This document shows positions 56,698-64,000 of a stretch of 64,000 nt of DNA, piece by piece (position 1 is the stretch's first letter; every line of letters starts with the position of its first letter). The position numbers were made by a program, and so were the translations under genes. Source of the DNA: Octopus vulgaris (lineage: Eukaryota). The DNA is taken from contig OX597830.1 in the NCBI GenBank assembly GCA_951406725.2, forward strand, positions 5,518,001 to 5,582,000. Reading direction: 5' to 3'. The notes beneath the pieces are model-generated. The model was not told the origin of the DNA and did not search any database. It saw only the letters and a program-made list of their open reading frames with translations.

Positions 56698-57078
56698 TCT
56701 AGACTGAGTTTTTTTTTCAGCTCCTATAAAGGCCAGGCGGGAATATATAATAGACGCTCATTGATAACACGCAAATTATTGAGAGACAAGATTTGAATAT
56801 AAAATTGAAAGCAAGTCACCATTAAATATTTCCATTTCCTCACTAAGTCGAAAAATGATAAACCACCATAACAACAACAACAATAACCAACAGCACATAT
56901 TTTTAAAAATAACAAAACGCAATATGTGTGTGTATGCGGGTATGTATGTGTATGTGTGTGCATATGCATCAGAGTATGTATGTGAAACAAACGCCATATT
57001 ATTTTGCTAAAAGATATCAAAAATACATTAAATTTTCCAACAACATCATTACGAATTATTACATTTTTTGCTTTTGCA

Positions 57079-57079
<1 letters not shown>

Positions 57080-57114
<35 letters not shown>

Positions 57115-57141
57115 CATTATCATCATTATTATTATTATTAA

Positions 57142-57198
<57 letters not shown>
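57080..57198. repeat. (TTA)n microsatellite
   Basis: Direct reading. Confidence 0.97.
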
Positions 57199-57614
57199 CG
57201 TCAGTAGCACTATTTTCTCTTGCGTTCGTTGTTTTGTTTTTGTTTTCTTCTTTTATTGTTTAATGCTTAGTTGCTTTATCTTTCCGACCAAAATATTTGT
57301 GATGCGCCATTTTGAAAAGAAAATACTAAAACAAACAAACAAATATATGGATAACAAAATAAATATAACACCATACAAGAAAGAAGCAAAACTAAAGATT
57401 GCAAACGAAACATAAGGAAACGACACACCTCCCCCATGCATATACATATATATACATACATACACGTGTTTGTATATATATATAAGCACACGTGTGTGTG
57501 TGTGTGTATGTATGCAGAATCGAATTAAAGTGTGATATTGATTTCTATTTCATCTAATTACAGCATGTGTTACGTACGTACCTGTACGTACACAATACGT
57601 ATGACGAACGTACT

Positions 57615-57681
<67 letters not shown>

Positions 57682-57826
57682 TCATACGAAATGATGGGGA
57701 AAAGGCTGTCGTTTCTTGATTTTCTATCATATGTATTAGTTAATATCAATAATATCATCCATATTCGTAGTCGAATTACGAATCCCACGATATATATATG
57801 TGTGTATATATGTATGTATATATGTA

Positions 57827-57888
<62 letters not shown>

Positions 57889-59298
57889 GGTAAGTAAATA
57901 TAAGTATATACAAATACGAATATAATTATATATATGTGTGTGTGTGAGTATGTATGTGCCAACATACATGGACACACGCACACACTCTCTCTCACATACA
58001 CACTTATACGTATGTATTTAATTGATATATCAGTACAAGGACCCTAGCTATATGAATTCCGATCGTCGGAGATGATGAAATCCGCCATGTTGTGGCCTGC
58101 GCTGTTAATTTTACATAAAATTAAAAACTTTCATTGCTAAGAATGATGAGAAATAATCGAGATTTATAATGAACGGGTCAATTATTTTTTGTTGTAGACA
58201 ATAAGGACCAGAGTATATATACATAAAACAACGCGGAATTCCGGACACGGTTACCTTGCCTACTAGAAGAAGCAGCAACATGTAGTTTAAGCCATGCCCC
58301 GTGGCCTTGTTGACATCACGTAATATATATCTAATATAGAAAATATGTGAATATATAGTATGGCATGCACGGTTGGATTTTCTCTAAAATGTAGCGACCA
58401 TATTGATTAAATATTCAACCAATAACCCTCTACCTTATTCTGCAACTGAAGAAAATAAATGAGTTTCAGAGATGTTATGAGTGATACAGAAAGGGTCGTC
58501 ATATTTGGAATGTCCTGGATTATAAGTATTGTGGATCATAACTAACCTCGGACTTAAAATAAACAGCGAAACCACCAGCACTAATACCAGCAACATGCAT
58601 CAATGGGATTGCCACCTACTGGCCAGATGAATAAGTAGAAGTAGCAGCCAAATATTTCTGAAAATACATCTTCCCATCTCCCTGTCTCTCTTTCATTTTC
58701 TCTCTCTGAACTCAGTTATGGCTGTAAGACGTGACATGAACAGCTGCAACAGAGACAACGAAGCCATGACCAATAAGAGGGACAGAGATCACCGCAAGTC
58801 ATTTGACAGTGTCCGCACACCAGGGTTCGATTCCACACCTTTGAACAGGGACTTAGGCTCAATTCAGATGGATATGCGAGGCTTCTGAAGACTGTGGTCA
58901 ATCTATAGGTGGAAAGGGTTGGTGCTAGAAGGTCGTATGTACGTAATCAGATTTTGGATCCTTACCATTCCTTCACTTAACCCCTACAAATATTCAGATA
59001 TCCCCCCAATATAATAGTGTCACTACATTACAGTCACATGAACAGACCCAATTCTCCAAACCACTTGCCTTCTTTTTCCCAAACCATGCAAAATATACAC
59101 ATTCATGCAAGTACATATATACACTCACAAACACTTATCCCATCAATTCATACATATATACACACAAACAAACAACTACACATATAAATACATACTGGCC
59201 TTCTTACCTATGCATAGATATGTAAAGATGCATGTGTACATATGGGTGACCAGATATCAGCGGAAGATAGCGTCAAGTATTCGGTGAAAGAATACACA

Positions 59299-59338
<40 letters not shown>

Positions 59339-59761
59339 TCCACAAACACACAGAAGGATATTTGCAGCAGAATCGATTGATGCTGTACACCTGACCCAGG
59401 AAACAATTAGCCGGCATCGCAGCAATTAATATTGCCAAAGGCCTTTTGATTGCACACCCCAAACCATAATTACGTTTAGAGCATACATACGCTCACACAC
59501 AAACACACGCACGTATTCTCTCCCACCTTCTCTCTCTCAACCGCCTTCTCTCTCTCTCTTTCACACACACATGCAACGCAAGTGCACAAACACAGGGCAC
59601 CCCACTCCACTGACATCGATAAGCAATCGTTCACTCATGCGTGCGTGTCATAGCTCCATATTCTATTGCATGTTTGGCGTCGACCAATTGATATTATATA
59701 AGTTTGTGCGTGTATGCACTTATTTCCCTCATTCTCTCTCTCTCTCTCCCTGCGTGTGTGT

Positions 59762-59810
<49 letters not shown>

Positions 59811-59888
59811 GGTGTGCGTGTATGAGTGTTATTTTTTTTGGTGTTTTCAGAATTTGCCTCAGAAAACATTCCTTTCACAACAACAACA

Positions 59889-59981
<93 letters not shown>

Positions 59982-60030
59982 GCTCCTGCTGCTGCCACTG
60001 CTACTGCCTCTACTTCTCCTACTGCTGCTG
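59762..60030. repeat. (TAG)n tract and oppositely oriented (CTA)n/(CTG)n tract
   Basis: Direct reading. Confidence 0.95.
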
Positions 60031-60045
60031 CCCATTATTATTATT

Positions 60046-60246
60046 AAGGCGAAATGCGTAGCCATATTTCGTCTGCCGTTAAGGTTCTGAGTTCAAATTC
60101 CGCCGAGGTCGACTTTGCCTTTGAACCATTCGGGGTCGATTAAATAAGTACCAGTTACGCACTGGGGTCGATATATTCGACTTAATCCGTTTGCCTGTCT
60201 TTGTTTGTCCCCTCTGTGTTTAGCCCCTTGTGGGTCGTAAATAAAT
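60046..60246 (+). mobile_element. SINE family B
   Basis: B box GAGTTCAAATTCC, core GGTCGACTTTGCCTT..TTCGGGGTCGAT.AAATAAGTACCAG, tail TTTAGCCCCTTGTGGGT. Confidence 0.88.
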
Positions 60247-60308
60247 GATAATAATATTAATTATTATTATTATTATTGATATTATTATTATTATTGCTGT
60301 CATTATAT

Positions 60309-60520
60309 AAGTCGGCGAGCTGCAGAATTTTTAGCGCGCTGGACGAAATGTTTAGGAGTATTTAGCCCATCGATACGTTCTGAGTTCAAATTCCACCGTG
60401 GTCGACATTGCCTTTTATCTTTTCGGGGTCGATAAAATAAGTATTAGTTGAACACTGGGGTCGATGTAATCGACTCATACCCTCTCCTCAGATTGCTGGC
60501 ATTGTGTTAAAATTTGAAAC

Positions 60521-60522
<2 letters not shown>
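60309..60522 (+). mobile_element. SINE family B with an alternative tail
   Basis: GGCGAGCTG.CAGAA head, same B box and core as 60046-60246, different 3' end (TTGCTGGCATTGTGTTAAAATTTGAAACC) followed by (ATT)n. Confidence 0.85.
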
Positions 60523-60586
<64 letters not shown>

Positions 60587-60592
60587 CATTAT

Positions 60593-61067
60593 TTAATCTG
60601 TATGCTTGTTACAGGCACTTGCCGAGAGACACCCAGCGTCCTAGGGCGAATGAAGGATAAGAGATGTTACAGTATGACTGAAAGGTTGGGGAGGGTAACT
60701 GACAGGGACAATAGTCAAATGCTTTCATGTAATACAACACATTTAAATTGATAGGTCTTTTTCTAAAGATGTGGGCAGTGTTTTTCAGCACAATCTTTTC
60801 GATTTCTCTGAGACATGGTTCTCCTGGAATATTATTTAGATATTATCACAATACCAAGAACATCTCTGTCGCTATCGACTGGAAAATTAAAGAGTATACT
60901 GACACTTTTACCTTCAGCGACTGGCTCAGGTTGATGTTCATACCAGTAAACAGGAGTTCTGAAAATCAGAACTATGTAATGTTTACATATTTTAAATATG
61001 TAATGTTTACGTATTTTCCAATATAAATACTGTCCTACTCTATCGCGACGATTTTTGCATTCGCTTG
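60593..61067 (-). mobile_element. 3' fragment of an R4/Dong-like LINE (same family as 1319-2868)
   Basis: Minus strand ECKNRRDRVGQYLYWKI..HY..WYEHQPEPVAEG; 3' UTR CGCCCTAGGACGCTGGGTGT identical to 2809-2828; flanked by (TTA)n. Confidence 0.88.
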
Positions 61068-61084
61068 TATTATTATTATTATTG

Positions 61085-61972
<888 letters not shown>

Positions 61973-62778
61973 TATGAAATCTCACAGCTTATTTTGCTGG
62001 ATATGATGGAAATTGTCAGCTGTCCACAGCCAGCAGACTAAGGCGACAGTTGTTTACTGGTCATGCTTCAAGAATTCTTGCAGCTTCAAGCAATCATGAG
62101 TTTTGTAGGTGTTCTACATTCACACTTGCACTGATCTTTTTCAGCCATGTTGGTAGTTGAGTGCTGATACTCCCAAGTGCACCAATTACGATTGGTATCA
62201 CGTCTACACTCTTCATTGACCACCAACCTTCGTATTTCCCACTTCAAATCATCATAGTTGTTTATTCTTTCTTCTTCTTTGTCTTTGATCCTGTTGTCAC
62301 CGGGGCATGCTATGCCGATAATCATGCAAGTTCCTTCTTTTTTAATCGCAACAACAATGTCCGGTCAGGAAATCGCACTGGATCATTACATCCCCCTGGA
62401 TTTTGCAATTTTCGGTGACTGCTTCTGGGATTTGCTCCTACCACGTCTTTGCTCTTTGTAAGCTGTTCTCGCCGCAATGCCATGGCGTCGTTTGTATTCG
62501 CGTTGTGCCAATTTCTGGCATTCGCTAACGATGTGCCATACCGTTTCACCCCTGTCATCATACATTCCGCATTTATCGCTCTTGGTAGTGTTGTCTATTC
62601 TGCACTTTACATAACTGGTTCCGTCTCTATCTTCAGGTCACGCCTCCTCATCCATAGCCAACGGTCATCTGAATCTCTCTTGGCGTTCACTTTCTATAGG
62701 AAACTGACCATACATTTTTTCCTTCCATGCTTTTTCTTTTTTTTTCTTCATTTCTTGTCTAAATTTTTCTTTAGCGAC
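61973..62778 (-). mobile_element. Degraded 3' part of an R4/Dong-like LINE (another family)
   Basis: Minus strand WKEKMYGQF, RWLWMRRRDLKIETE, decayed CR.C knuckle, PDIVVAI and IIGIACPGDNRIKDKEEERINNYDDLKWEIRRL; 3' end abuts (TTA)n. Confidence 0.85.
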
Positions 62779-62857
<79 letters not shown>

Positions 62858-63118
62858 GCTATAGTAAAAACACTTCCTCCCACACAGTAACTAATAATTT
62901 TTGAACCAAGCATCTGTGTTTCGCCGGAAGAAGAGGTTCAAGGATGGTAGAGTGAGGTTGAATGATATTGAGATGTGTGTGAGGGAGAGGGACTTCGGAC
63001 CATTAATGGTGGGAGAGGAAATTCGCAATCTTGAGGAAGAAGACAGCTGGGTGTCTCTATAAAGGAAAAAAAATATACAATTTGGAGGTGGTGTCGTAAT
63101 TGAACTCGGTATTATTAT

Positions 63119-63268
63119 TTTCTACTCTAGGTACAAGGCTTGAAATTTTGGGGAGGGGGCCCAGTCGATTAGATCGAGTCCAGTACGCAACTGGTACTTA
63201 ATTCGTCGCTCCCGAAAGAATGAAAGGCAAAATCGACCTTGGCAGAATTTGAACCGAGAACGTAAAGC
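63119..63268 (-). mobile_element. SINE family B (third tail type)
   Basis: Core CAGTACGCAACTGGTACTTAATT..CCCGAAAG.ATGAAAGGCAAA.TCGACCT; tail shared with 41148-41200. Confidence 0.82.
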
Positions 63269-63339
63269 CAGAAGGATATACACAGTATTATTGACAAAGA
63301 TCTGGACATGCTCACAATTTGCGCGATGTTTGTTATCAG

Positions 63340-63672
63340 GGTGCTCAATGGTGAGTACCCTGATCAACTATTTCAGAGGGATGGATATGGAAACTGTCCC
63401 GGATTCTCTCTACACCCCAGATCTTGCTCTCAGTGACTTTTGAGTGAACTTCAGGAGTGGCTCTTTCCAACACATTGAGAAAAAAGTAGGAGGCTATGAA
63501 TAAACGTTCTGGACACCTTTGGCAGACTTCCATGGGGCCTTCAAGAAGTAACTGGAGCTCTACGACAAATTCATTGAAGTATTGCTTGAATGAGATTAGA
63601 GTTTTGTACTTCTTTGAAATCAATAAATTTCTCTCCTGAAAATTTCTGAGAACTTTGTGTGTACGTATCGTA
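63340..63672 (+). mobile_element. Mariner transposase 3' remnant
   Basis: INYFRGMDMETVPDSLYTPDLALSDF (YSPDLAPSDF motif), then DFHGAFKK*LELYDKFIE and a TIR-like end GAACTTT...CGTA. Confidence 0.7.
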
Positions 63673-64000
63673 CTAACAATCCATCTATCTATTTCTCTAT
63701 TTATCCATTTGTCTCTCTCTATCTATACGCCTCACACTCTGTCAATAAGTCCATCTTCTCTCTCGCTGTCTGTCTGTCTGTCTATCTATTTATCGATTCA
63801 CCTTCCGTCCTCCGTCTTTCAAAAGCATTACTATTTATGAGAGACAGACTTGTGTCGTTTATTGCATGAGATGAGAGACGGGAATGTGTGATGCTGCTCA
63901 CGCATGACCGTATCGATTACATCTTCGTCTTCTGTGTGTGTGTGTGCATGTGTGTGTGTGTGTGTGTGTGTGTGGTTGCTGAATGGTTAATGGTTAACAG

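Noticed and set aside
58795-58830. KSFDSVRT as a CR1 RT motif, and GGGTTCGATTCC as a B box
   Set aside because: Too short, with no flanking RT motifs and no A box at a suitable distance.

Overview
This is AT-rich, microsatellite-saturated eukaryotic DNA. The SINE families and repeat landscape resemble an octopus/coleoid cephalopod genome (inference). No intact host gene, rRNA, genuine tRNA or CRISPR array can be supported, and almost all ORF-track entries are translations of (TAA)n, (TA)n, (CA)n or (GAA)n repeats. The window is a retroelement graveyard organised by microsatellite type. (i) About 10 fragments of R4/Dong-like RLE-bearing non-LTR retrotransposons are present, the longest at 45073-47948 (RT + CCHC + PD-(D/E)xK endonuclease, pseudogenised). 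Most abut (TAA)n, always in the same orientation relative to the repeat strand, and a 556-bp non-coding element (4 copies) follows the same rule. (ii) Several non-coding Penelope-like/retrozyme-like elements mostly sit in or end at (TA)n, with inverted termini and type I hammerhead ribozyme motifs; the cleanest is 16464-16554 on the minus strand. (iii) Many tRNA-derived SINEs, three mariner remnants and a CR1-type 3' end are also present. The most unusual object is a tRNA-headed (Pol III) SINE whose tail carries a hammerhead motif and which is preceded by an inverted copy of its own 3' end (55127-55533; related fold-back copy at 50778-51000), making it a candidate Penelope-mobilised, ribozyme-bearing SINE. 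All alignments and folds were done by eye, and coordinates of degraded copies are approximate.
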